Source of the DNA: Eledone cirrhosa | Taxonomy: Eukaryota | Assembly: GCA_964016885.1 (NCBI GenBank) | Contig: OZ024741.1 | Coordinates: 337,776,001-337,840,000, forward strand | Reading direction: 5' to 3' | DNA length: 64,000 nt | Part shown: piece by piece, positions 47,601-59,253 of the stretch | Layout of the letters: each line of letters opens with the position of its first letter | Numbering within the stretch: the stretch's first letter is position 1 | Position numbers and translations under genes: made by a program | Notes under the pieces: model-generated | The model's input: only the letters and a program-made list of their open reading frames with translations | Database searches by the model: none | What the model was told of the DNA's origin: nothing

Positions 47601-48690
47601 GAATCCCGCAAAGTGTGTTTTCGGTTCCGCTTCGCTGAATTTTTTAGGTCACCTCATCGACGCCGAATATATTAGGCCCCTTCCTCAGCGAGTTAAAGCT
47701 ATACAGGGTTTACCTCCGCCTACTACACTTCATCAGTTGCGTCACTTCTTAGGCCTAATCAATTTTTATAGACGTTTCGTTCCCCATTGTGCTAAATTGC
47801 TATCTTCCCTTACCGACATTTTGAAAAATCGTCGTAAGAAGAATGAGGATATTTCCTTGACACAAGGACAGCTCAAAGACTTCCAGACTGCCAAGACAGC
47901 ACTTGCTAGTTCATCTTTGCTAGCCCACCCGATACCAGAGGCCAAGCTTTCGCTTTGTGTTGATGCATCTGATACCGCTGTGGGAGCAGTATAACGCTGG
48001 AAACCAACAACCTTTGGCATTTTTCTCAAGGAAGCTGAAACCAGCAGAAACGCGTTACAGCACGTTTGGGCGGGAATTATTAGCCATATATCTGTCGGTG
48101 AAACATTTCTCTCATATTCTTGAGGGGAGAAATTTTACGGTTTTAACTGACCACAAACCTCTGACCTTCGCTTTGAGGGCTAAAGCCGACAAATATTCAC
48201 CCAGAGAGACAAGGCACCTTGATTACATTTCGCAATTCACAAATGATATCTAGCACATTGCTGGCTCACTTAACACAGCTGCAGACGCATTGTCACGTTT
48301 ACCAATCAGCTCCATCTCGTCATCCCAGGAGATCGATTTAAGTCGTTTAGCTGCAGACCATCCTGCACTCCAATCGTTGGATACTCAATCAGCCGAGTTT
48401 GCAACTTGCAACTTGAAATATCTGCCCTTGTCGACCACCGACAGGCAGATTCTATGCGACGTATCTACAGATTCACCACGACCTTATGTTCCTGAGACTC
48501 ACCGTCGAATTGTGTTCCTTGCTTTGCACAGCATTTCTCACCCAGGAATTTCCGCCACAGTAAAGCTCATAACGGCTACATTTTTCTGGGCCAATATGAG
48601 GCGAGAAATTACTGTCTGGTGCCGTTCCTGCACACAGTGTCAAAAGGCTAAAGTCCACAGACACATCCGGACTCCACTTGGTACTTTCAG
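44689..48690 (+). mobile_element. Gypsy/Ty3 LTR retrotransposon, 3'-truncated within integrase
   Basis: 5' LTR from TGTAGCG (44689) to about 45156; gag VRLWFAQLEAFF; PR FLVDTGG; [28 protein letters not shown]; RH CVDASD, TDHKPL; IN zinc finger H..SHPG..C..C; stops present, no 3' LTR. Confidence 0.93.
45160..45171 (+). promoter_or_regulatory. Primer-binding site, tRNA-Trp-like
   Basis: TGGTGACACCGA, one mismatch from TGGTGACCCCGA, just after the LTR. Confidence 0.7.
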
Positions 48691-49495
48691 AAATGTGAGT
48701 TTTTTTACCTATGGACCTAATAATTTATATAAATGGTTTAATGAGTTGGCCACCATAGTGCTTTTCACCTATGATAATCAAAGACAGATCATACATCTGA
48801 AGAAGTTTCTCTTTTCACTCTCACCTCGATAGCTTTATCTGACTTTAATAGAAAGTTCTCCTAGTCCAAGATACACACACACACTCTTCGTGTGGCGCCC
48901 ATGGCACGTACAATGCTTTCCACACCCTAGTTACGCCCTGACTATACACTTGTCACCTCAACAGATAGTTAAAGTTTGATTGTTCTCACTATACATTATT
49001 TATTTAACCTGGACTTAGACTTCTTTCACAGATATAGCGACACTAAATTTGCATTTTATATGAAGCCAGTACCTAAGATATATTTTAGCACAGTATTGTT
49101 TTTACAGCTCAAGCTTAAACATACGACCTACCTAAAACATTTGCACAATAGTATATCTTTTCGCATGTGTATACACATTACACATAAGTATGTATGAAAT
49201 ATAACAGCTCGTGTGAACTGTATTGTGTTATAATTCCACATTGTTCACAACAACTATAGATGGGTGTAAACTTAAAAACCTAGTTATATCTTCAATTGTC
49301 GTTTATTGATGATATTACCAACGTGCAGCATGTGTCACGATGAATAACATTCCGTTATTGCAACTTTGCGAAAAAGACATATATTTCCCCCACCACGTGG
49401 TCACATGTCAAAACATACGCACACATACACACATAAATTGCTTAAAATGTCGATTCGTTGCTTTATATGGCTGACTACAGTGCTGCTTTGAACTA

Positions 49496-49687
49496 CAAGA
49501 GTCGGCTGAATAGTTCATAGGTTGACCAAGATGTCCAAATGGAATTTATTTTTCAACATACTCCCTGGAAGCAAACAATGCAGTTATTAATAAAAAGTGT
49601 TGAAATTAATGCATTCATGATTTCACAGCTCGAGCTGCATTACTTACTCTTTCATATTCAGCCTATGAACTTTTCAGCCTACCCTCG
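49496..49687. mobile_element. Mariner-derived MITE (related half-ends at 13254-13400)
   Basis: caagagtcggctgaatagttcataggttga / tcagcctatgaacttttcagcctaccctcg inverted ends. Confidence 0.7.
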
Positions 49688-50692
49688 AATATGAATGACT
49701 GTAGTGCTGCTTTGAACTAAGTCAAATTAATTACCACAGCGGAAGGAGTATCAAGGCTCCAAATACGAGACATGAGTTCGTCTCCAACTGGTCTTTTGTC
49801 CTCGTTTAGTATATTTTCTTGTGTCTGCATCGTCATTTAATCGAAAGGTGATGACAATGTAGATTAAGCCATAGAATAGATCTAAGTGACTGATCCTTTA
49901 AAAATATCAGATTAAAAAACAAGCAGTGCGTGAGAAGTCATCAAATTGTTTGAAGCTATATCTAAGCAAAGAAAAAAGCAAACGCGAGAAAAATAATGAA
50001 AGAGATTTTCTGCAGGCAACATTTTTTCTCATAAAATTTTAACGATTGGCCTTTGTCAATCTTCCATATTATTGCAAACATCAAGCTTGTCAGTTTGTGC
50101 TTTATATTCTTTTATATTATTATTCTTTTAGTTTGCGGGTGGTGAAGTGACAAAATCGGAGTTCAAATACCACCGTTGTCAACTTTGCCTTTCATCCTTT
50201 TAGGGATTGATGAATATAATACCAGTTAAGTACTGGTGTCAATCGAATCAATTTTCCCTTCCCACATATTACTTGCCTGGCCCTTAAATTAGAAATTAAC
50301 ATTCTGGTAACATACAAAGCAGTAGATAGTAGTTAGAGAAATAGCAAGGCAATTAGAAAGACAGCCTTCAGGCGCAAAGGAGCTTTTGGGGCTTAAGCCC
50401 TTCCAATAATTTGGAAACTTGTTGAATGATCTTAAAGTTTTGTTAGTTAAAAAATTATACATTACTATTCAAATAAGTAATGATCATGTTTCTAATTTCT
50501 TTCTTAGTGGTGATAAAAAAGCATATATATGTACGTCAATACTCATCTTTTTCCATTTCTCCGAGGGTTCTTAACCCCACTATCAGGCTAAATAATTTTC
50601 TTTAATTTCTTTAGTCAAAATACGGCGATAGCTTACATTTATAATGTCAAACCCGCTCGCTGTTTCGAAAATATTCTTACTATATATATATA

Positions 50693-52113
50693 CTAGCAGA
50701 ATGGCCCGGCGTTACTCGGGATTTGCTCTAGGGTTCTTATATATTTGATATATATTTATTCTTATTGAGCCTCGTGAAATAAATGCGTTTATTTATATTT
50801 TGTTATTGTGTATGCAAAAATATCTGTACACGAATATATAATTATATATATATCTATATATCTAAAACAGAGAATGTCTGTCTGTCTGTCAGCTCACTAA
50901 AACTTGAGAACCACCCAACCGATTGTTTTCAAACTTTACACATGTAATACTTATGGTCCTGTGAGTGTTTTGAGTAAAATATATTTCAAATTTTCAATGC
51001 CCTAGGGACCGCATTAGGCGATTTAGCGATCTCTCTCTATAATTCTTAGTCTTTCTTTTTAGATAGATACATAGATATAACGTGGCGCCTTATAATATCT
51101 GTCTGTATGTCTGTCTGTCTGCAATACGTCATTATGACGCGATCAGTGTGTGTGTGTATATATATGTATCGTAATGCAGACAGCAAGACATATAGCTTTC
51201 CTTCCCTCTTCAGCGTCTCTCTTTCTCTCTCTCCCGCTATCCCCCTCTTTTAGTCTGTCTGTTTCTTTCACTCTCACTCTTTCTCTTTATAACTCACTCA
51301 CATTAATACTAAAGGGTTAAGGTATTGTTCTCAAAATAAATAATATTAAATCTATGAGATTTTTATATTATGTGAGATAAGCCTTTACCATGAAAATAAT
51401 ATAGTATACTAGCAGCTGAGCCCAGTTGCACCCGGGGCCACTTTTTATTAAGTTAATAATTTGAAAAATATTATTGAAAGTTTATTATAAAGAAGCAGTT
51501 TCAGGGAAAAAAATAGAAATATGCACTTGGGGCTGGACGGCGTACAATTAGAAGTGGAGCGATGTGAAAAGCGTTGTTTATTAACAGCGAAATAGCAATG
51601 TCGATGATATGCAATTTGAAAAAATACTACTTACTGATAGTGGTGGTTAACATGTATTAGAATTAAAATAAAAACACGCGTCCCTTCTTCGCAATTTAAG
51701 GGTTTTATTTCTTTTGATGGAAAACAGTGACCGTACTGCAGAATCGATTTCATAAAACGGTACTGTATGATCGTTAAATGTAGAAGGATGATAGTTTATT
51801 AACAGAGAAATAGCAATGTCGATGATATGCAAGTTTAAAAATGCATATTATGAAGGTTTGTATGATAGTTTACACTTTTTCCTGAAACTGCTTCTTTATA
51901 ATAAACTTTCAATAATATTTTTTTAATTATTGGTACTGTATGTTAACAGCGAAAGAACGTTGATGAGTTTAAAAATGTGTATGAAATTGTAAATAACTCA
52001 GCCAAGTATTAGAACAGGGGGAATAACTCACCGAACGCGATAGTAAATAGACCGTTTGGGGGCCCTAGGGACCACATTTAGAGATTTGAAACCTCGCCTA
52101 TAAGAAGGTTAGA
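50693..52113 (-). mobile_element. Cluster of non-autonomous Helitron-like elements
   Basis: Two minus-strand 3' ends (GC hairpin plus CTAG|T at 50696-50693 and 51412-51409); A|TC 5' ends near 51063 and 52113 sharing ggtccctagggc; plus-strand tctatata..gtctgtctgtc start near 50853. Confidence 0.7.
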
Positions 52114-52149
52114 TGAGAGAGGCGTCATGATAATAGCAGTAGTACCCCC

Positions 52150-54115
52150 GACGTCATTGTTAACTCTAGGCTAGATTCTGTAAACTCAAATACGACGTCA
52201 AACGTAACTTCGTTGAATGTTCATAATACCAATCTAAATCAGGAAACTATTATTCCTATCGTAAATAACTTCTCCAATCCAATTCTTCCTATAAATAACA
52301 CTAGGTCACTTGTTAATAACTCTGTTAATTTCTCTAATCGCAATTGTAATTGCCCTGTTAGAACTAAATGTCCTCTCAATAACCATTGTCTTGATAAAAA
52401 CTTAATCTACGAATGTAAAGTTATAACTGATACCAATTCCTTTACCTATTTCGGTTCCACTTACACCTCCTTCAAAGCTAGATTTTATAATCACAATTCG
52501 TCTTTTAAATACCAACTTAAAAGAACTAACACAGCACTCTCAGAACTCATATGGTCCTTGAAAGACAAAAATATTAACTATAACATCTCTTTGAGAAAAG
52601 TTTGTTCTGCCTCTCCCTACTTGAATGCCTCCCTATCCAGAACATGTAATCTTTGCCTAGCTGAGAAATTTACCATTATATCTAATTTCAATTCTATAAT
52701 AAATAGACGCACGGATTTATTTTCTCTCTGCTTGCATAAATTCCACAGAACATTCCATAAAGTATACAGCTAATATCTAATACCTTACTAGTTTAAAATC
52801 CTTTTTCTCAAAGGCTTATATATCTTTTAAAAATATACCCATCTTTCTACCTTATTTCAATATTATTTATTATATATTATATAATACAAGTTACTCATTC
52901 TATATCATTCCTCTTTATCACTTTCCTTTCTTCCTCTTTTCTTTTTAATTTCTAACCTCTAATCTGTACTTTTTCTTCCTAACTACTTCTCAATTCTTAT
53001 TATTACTCACCACAACATTATCCATTCTTCCATCTTTCCTCATATCATTGGCCATAAAATTTTTTTTTTTTTTTAATACATTAATACCTTTAATTAGTCC
53101 TTCGTAAACATAAACATTTTTTTTTACGTTAGTTTTTTCTTCCTTAAATTCCTTATCTCATTCTTTCATGCTCGTTTGACTTTTACATATTACAATACAT
53201 AAAAGCAAATTTAAACCCTAACTAATTTCTTTTAATATATTATATTATTACCATTAGAAAATATTTCGTAAACATATATATTTTTTGATGTTAGATATTT
53301 TCTTCCTTAAACATTCTTTTCTTCTTTGCCTCATTTTAAAACAAACTATTTACGTACATATATAACGCGCACATATTACATTACATAAAAACAAACTTAA
53401 ACCCTAACTAATTCCTCTAAATTCATAACTCATTCATTATTCTACTTCTTTTCACATTATATCCTTAATAACATTAATATTTTTATTTTAATAATACATA
53501 TTAATAATTTCTTTTCCTCGCACATATTATTAAACCCTTCAATATACAAACCTTAATTTAATATTATTCTTAATCCCTTTTTCTCTTCAAAATTTTCTCA
53601 TTAAATTTTAATTTCAAATTCTTTTAAATTAGCGATTATCATCCAACGGCTTTTTAACTTATCTCTGTGAGACAATATATATTTTTTTCTCGGTTGTAAA
53701 GGCTATCTCTCTCTCTCTCTCTATCACCCATCTCTCCTCCTCTCTTCTTATACTCCTCCCCCACCATTCTTTACTCTCATCTCCTCCTCTTCCTTACCCT
53801 TTCCAACCCCCCGCCTCACTTTTTCCCAATCTCATACATCAATCTTAAATTATTTTTCATATGTTGATTTAAAACTTCACTATTCACAAGTGTTTTTTAA
53901 GCTTCATATCATGTATCCCTATTTTATCTGATGAAAACGCAGATATCATCCCATGATGATATTTGTTTTTGAAATGCGCATAATAAAATAGTTGGAACTC
54001 TTTTAACCATCTACTGATTTTATATTATTTATACTCCAGTCCTACAAACTCTAGAGTGCTACTTATCCGATATTTGCATTGCTTTATTATGCTACAATAA
54101 AACTCACCTCCTACA
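52150..54115 (+). mobile_element. Penelope-like element family A, 5'-truncated: GIY-YIG, long AT-rich 3' region, pseudo-LTR with HHR
   Basis: ORF 52213..52773 CNC....CPLNNHCLDKNLIYECKV...TYFGST..FKARFYNH...CNLCLAEK; HHR at 53920; ends in (TA)n. Confidence 0.88.
53920..53990 (+). ncRNA. Type I hammerhead ribozyme (PLE family A pseudo-LTR)
   Basis: tattttat-CTGATGA(53928)-aaacgcagatatcatc ccat gatgatatttgttttt-GAAA-tgcgca-TA-ataaaata. Confidence 0.87.
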
Positions 54116-54123
54116 TATATATA

Positions 54124-54463
54124 TTTCGCACCTTTCCGACAGACAACCCACCCCCCCCCCCCGGAAAAAACCCACTTGATGGATGTGAATCCGAAATATA
54201 TAGGGACAATTAAATCTCTCCCAAGGTAACTCTTTCTCGTGTTGTTATTTTTATTTTTATCCTTTACGCTCTTTCCTTCATTCCTCTACACGCTACAGTC
54301 TTATACACGCCACGCATCTCAACGTGAACCCACTTACATCTCTCTCTCCACCACCAGATCTTGTTACCCGGAGATTTACGCATCTGCATTGTCGAAGCTT
54401 CGAAACGACTTAAAGAAATTTACCTTATTATTCCACAATGCTTCAAGCAAACTTCAATACTCT

Positions 54464-54468
<5 letters not shown>
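54124..54468 (+). repeat. Short pseudo-LTR-like repeat 'B' (second copy 58918-59254, minus)
   Basis: Two diverged copies of about 340 bp, both next to (TA)n; contain an HHR-like stem II/GAAA/stem III. Confidence 0.75.
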
Positions 54469-54554
<86 letters not shown>

Positions 54555-54599
54555 ATATATATATATGTATATATGTATATATATATATATGTATATATG

Positions 54600-54633
<34 letters not shown>

Positions 54634-54645
54634 TGTATATATATG

Positions 54646-54706
<61 letters not shown>

Positions 54707-54715
54707 GTATATATG

Positions 54716-54746
<31 letters not shown>

Positions 54747-54757
54747 GTATATATATG

Positions 54758-54828
<71 letters not shown>

Positions 54829-54830
54829 GC

Positions 54831-54861
<31 letters not shown>

Positions 54862-54873
54862 CACATATATATG

Positions 54874-54951
<78 letters not shown>

Positions 54952-55062
54952 TATATGTATATATATATATACATATATATATGTATATATATATATATAT
55001 ATACATATATATATGTATATATATATATACATATATATATGTATATATATATATATATATAC

Positions 55063-55095
<33 letters not shown>

Positions 55096-55190
55096 TATAT
55101 ATATGTATATATATATATATACACATATATATATGTATATATATATATATACACATATATATATGTATATATATATATATATATATACAC

Positions 55191-55243
<53 letters not shown>

Positions 55244-55265
55244 TATATGTACATATATGTGTGTG

Positions 55266-55297
<32 letters not shown>

Positions 55298-55424
55298 CAC
55301 ACACATATATGTACACATATATATATATATACATATATATATATATGTGTATATATATACATATATACATATATATATATGTGTATATATACATATATAC
55401 AGATATATATATATATATATATAT
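54469..55424. repeat. Long interrupted (TA)n microsatellite
   Basis: About 950 bp of TA with G and C interruptions; other long tracts at 57910-58135, 60999-61190, 62272-62408, 63068-63632. Confidence 0.95.
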
Positions 55425-55502
55425 TTATAAGAGTATTGAAGTTTGCTTGAAGCATTATATATATATATATATATAATGCTTATATATATATATAGGTATA
55501 AT

Positions 55503-56535
55503 ATATAAGAACAAAAGATGGTAAAAGGAGTTCCATGTATTTTATTATGCGCATTTCAAAAACAAATATCATCATGCAATAATATTTGTGTTTTCATCAG
55601 ATAAAACAGGAGGACATGATATGAAGGCTAAAAAACACTTGTGGATAGTTCAGTTTTAAATCAACATATGAGAAGTAGTTTTAGATTGATGTGTGATATT
55701 GGGAAAAATATTTTATTTAGAGGGGGGGGGAGGATGAAAAAAAGAGGAGGAGATGAGAGTGAAGGTGGAGAGGGAGGAGTATAATGAGGAAGGATGAGAT
55801 AGGAGGAGAGGTGGGTGATAGAGAGAGAGAGATAGTTTTTATAACTGAGAAAGATATATTGTTTTACATAGAGAGGTTGAAAACCGTTGGAAGATAATGT
55901 ATAAATTAAAAGAATTTGAAAATTAACGAAGGGAAAAATATGTGCGAAGAAGGAGAGGGAGTTAATATGTATTGAGAATAATGAGTTTGATGATAGAGAG
56001 AAGAGAATAATGAATTGCGGATGAATATTCTAACGTCAAAAAAAAAAAAAAATGTATATGTTTACGAAGGATTTTTATAAGGTGATATAGAGTAAGAACG
56101 TGTTGTATTATGTAATAGTTGATTCTATGTTAGGCAAGAGTGAGAAAAGGTACAGATTAGGGGTTAGATATTAGAAGAGAGGAAAAGGAAGTGATAAATA
56201 TGGGTGGTGTAGAAAGAGTCAACAAGTATTATGGAAATTTGAAAATTAACGAAGAGAAAAAAAAAAAAAATATGTAAAGTTAAGGTTTGTATATTGAAGG
56301 ATTTGAGAAAAATAATGTGAAGTTAAGGTTTGTATATTGAAGGAATTTATAATATGTGCGAAGAAAAAGAAAATGTTAATATGTATTGAGAATGAGCATA
56401 TTAAAATACATGGAACTCCTTTAACCATCTTTTGTTCTTATACATTATGTATACTCCAGTCCTACAAACTGTAGAGTGCTTCTTATCCGATATCTGCATT
56501 GCTTTATTGTACTACAATAAAACTCACCTCCTACA
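55503..56535 (-). mobile_element. PLE family A 3' region with inverted pseudo-LTR tail
   Basis: 55503-56400 is a reverse homologue of the 3' region of the 52150-54115 element; 56402-56535 is an inverted copy of the pseudo-LTR end. Confidence 0.82.
55540..55606 (-). ncRNA. Type I hammerhead ribozyme (PLE family A pseudo-LTR)
   Basis: Reverse-strand copy of the 22859/53920 motif; CTGATGA at 55600-55594. Confidence 0.85.
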
Positions 56536-56982
56536 TATATAGGTATATATATACATATATATATGTATATATATATATGTATATATATGTGTGTGTGTAT
56601 ATATATATATATATATAATCTTACTTCATTAACAAATACGGACCCCGTCTAAACACTTCTCCCTAAGACGAACCCACAACATACACACGTCAACATACAT
56701 ACCTACATCAGCACACATCTCTACCCACATATAAACACAATGACACACGTAAACACACATGCTCTATGGTGCAATACAAAAAAATATATGTGCATATATA
56801 TGTATGTATATATGTATATATATATATATATATGTAGTGAATATATGTATGTGTATATATATATAGTGAATATCATTTCACACCTTTTATTGTTAAGATT
56901 TTTGATGTTCTATTAAGAGAACCGATTTTACTGAAAAAATCGAATAATGTACACCATTTTACCAGGGGAAAAAAATACTGGT

Positions 56983-57065
<83 letters not shown>

Positions 57066-57325
57066 CACAAACACATACACACGCGTACATCAACATACAA
57101 AGAGACTTATACACACACACACACACACACGCGCACTTCTCCGTATAAGACAAAAGCTGAAAAATATCTTTTAACATGCTAAAATACCCCCCATTGCTTT
57201 CAGACACATTCTTACTGACCATCGAATTACTCTGCTATACACACACACACACTTATCTTAATAGCCATTTGACACATATCGCTGCTGGCCATTGTCGCAG
57301 CATCGAACACCTTACTACTACTACT

Positions 57326-57372
<47 letters not shown>

Positions 57373-57711
57373 TACACACACACACACACACACATATTTG
57401 TTGTGAAAGAGTCATTTCTCAATCTTGGTGCAAAACCAATTTTTTATCCACATGACCTCTACCGACCAATCAAAATTGTTTTGACCAAGAATTTTTGCTG
57501 GAGTCACTTTTTTAACATAAAAACAGTCTTGGCGCAAAATCAACTTTTTACATTCACATGACCTCTACCGACCAATCAAAATTGTTTTGACCACAAGCAT
57601 TTTTGCAACACAAAAATAACGCTGGAGCCACTTTTTTAACATAAAAACAGGTAGAATTCCCAAAACTAATCAGATCAGAGCAAACAGCACGGACACTCTA
57701 TCTCAAAATTA

Positions 57712-57748
57712 TTTTTGAAAAGCATTTAGAAATGCGCAACCGGTAAAA
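57712..57748 (+). ncRNA. Minimal hammerhead relic, U3-A8 core with GAAA changed to GCAA
   Basis: ttt-TTGAAAA-gcatt taga aatgc-GCAA-ccgg-TA-aaa. Confidence 0.55.
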
Positions 57749-57955
57749 ACTTAAAAACTTAAAACCACAACTGAATACTAACCCATACAATCACTAATAC
57801 TCTTTTATTCCTAATTAAACCATTTTTCAACTGTGAACAATTTGTCAGCATTTTCTATTCCGTTTACCAATATATAATAACTTGTGTGTTACACCTCTAT
57901 TCTTTTAACTATATATATATATACATATATATATATATGTATATGTATATGTATG

Positions 57956-58011
<56 letters not shown>

Positions 58012-58053
58012 TATATGTATATAAATATATGTATATATATATATAAATATATG

Positions 58054-58136
<83 letters not shown>

Positions 58137-58405
58137 TAAGACATGTCTATAGAATCACCAGATAAAATATATACCATTTCCTCTTCCAATTAGCATAATT
58201 AACCATATAAAAAATCGAATAGACCAGGCTATAAAAATAAGGCTTCTATGAAGAAATCTCCAACAAATAACCGAAACCAGACCTTCGCGCCGGCTGCGAC
58301 GGAATATGTATCGAATATTTAGACAGCGTAATCGCCCAGATATACAGTCAATTAAACAGAATTAGGTGTAAAATAAACTAGGAGAAAAGAGAATACATTT
58401 ATTTA

Positions 58406-58481
58406 CCTCGGCCATGGTTTCGTTCGCATTTTAAGATTTCCGATAACTTCGGGACCTTGAGCACCGGACTCTTCAGGAGTT
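58406..58481 (-). ncRNA. Degenerate hammerhead with enlarged stem II
   Basis: ctc-CTGAAGA-gtccg...cgaac-GAAA-ccatgg-CC-gag; U16.1 replaced by C. Confidence 0.5.
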
Positions 58482-58878
58482 TGCTCAAATCTAGACAATA
58501 AATTTTCCAAAGTGATCGCGCCAAGAATACATTCAAAAATGGCCAAGAATCGTGACGTAGCACCGGTCAGGTTGGAAGGAGTGTGGTTAGTTGCTTACGG
58601 CTGGTGGCATTTTGCTAGAAAGCGTAGCACAATACAGCCAAATTTGTATCTCAATCTAACGGGAGATTATTACATATAAAGGTTTACATATATATATATA
58701 TATATACATACATACATATACGTGTTTTGCAACGGGTCACTTTGTGGCTCAATGAAAATTAATAAATTAAATAATCAGAGCTATATATCATAAAACATGT
58801 GTATAGAATCACCAGATAAAATATATACCATTTCCTCTCCTAATTAGCATAATTAACCATATAAAAAATCGATATATG

Positions 58879-58915
<37 letters not shown>

Positions 58916-59253
58916 GTATAAGAGAGTATTGAAGTTTGCTTGAAGCATTGTGGAATAATAAGTAAATATCTTTAAGTCGTTTGGAAGCCTCGACAATGCA
59001 AATGCGTAAATCTCCGGGTAACAAGATCCGGTGGTGGAGAGAGAGATGTAAGTCGGTGTACGTTGAGATGCGTGGTGTGTATGAGATGTGTAGAAGAATG
59101 AAGGAAAGAGTATAAAGGATAAAATTAAAATAACAACACGAGAGAGAGTTACCTTGGGAGATATTTAATAGTCCATATATATTTCGGATTCACATCCATC
59201 AACTGGGGGTTTTTCCGGGGTGGGAGAAAGGTTGTCTGTCGGACAGGTGCGAA

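Noticed and set aside
48290-48832. Intact or domesticated integrase ORF
   Set aside because: Homology stops at RTPLGTF (about 48690), before the DDE core; the rest is read-through into unrelated DNA
54239-55476. Long YI/IY-repeat ORFs of 290-403 aa (also near 57886, 60971, 62864)
   Set aside because: Translations of (TA)n microsatellites, not genes
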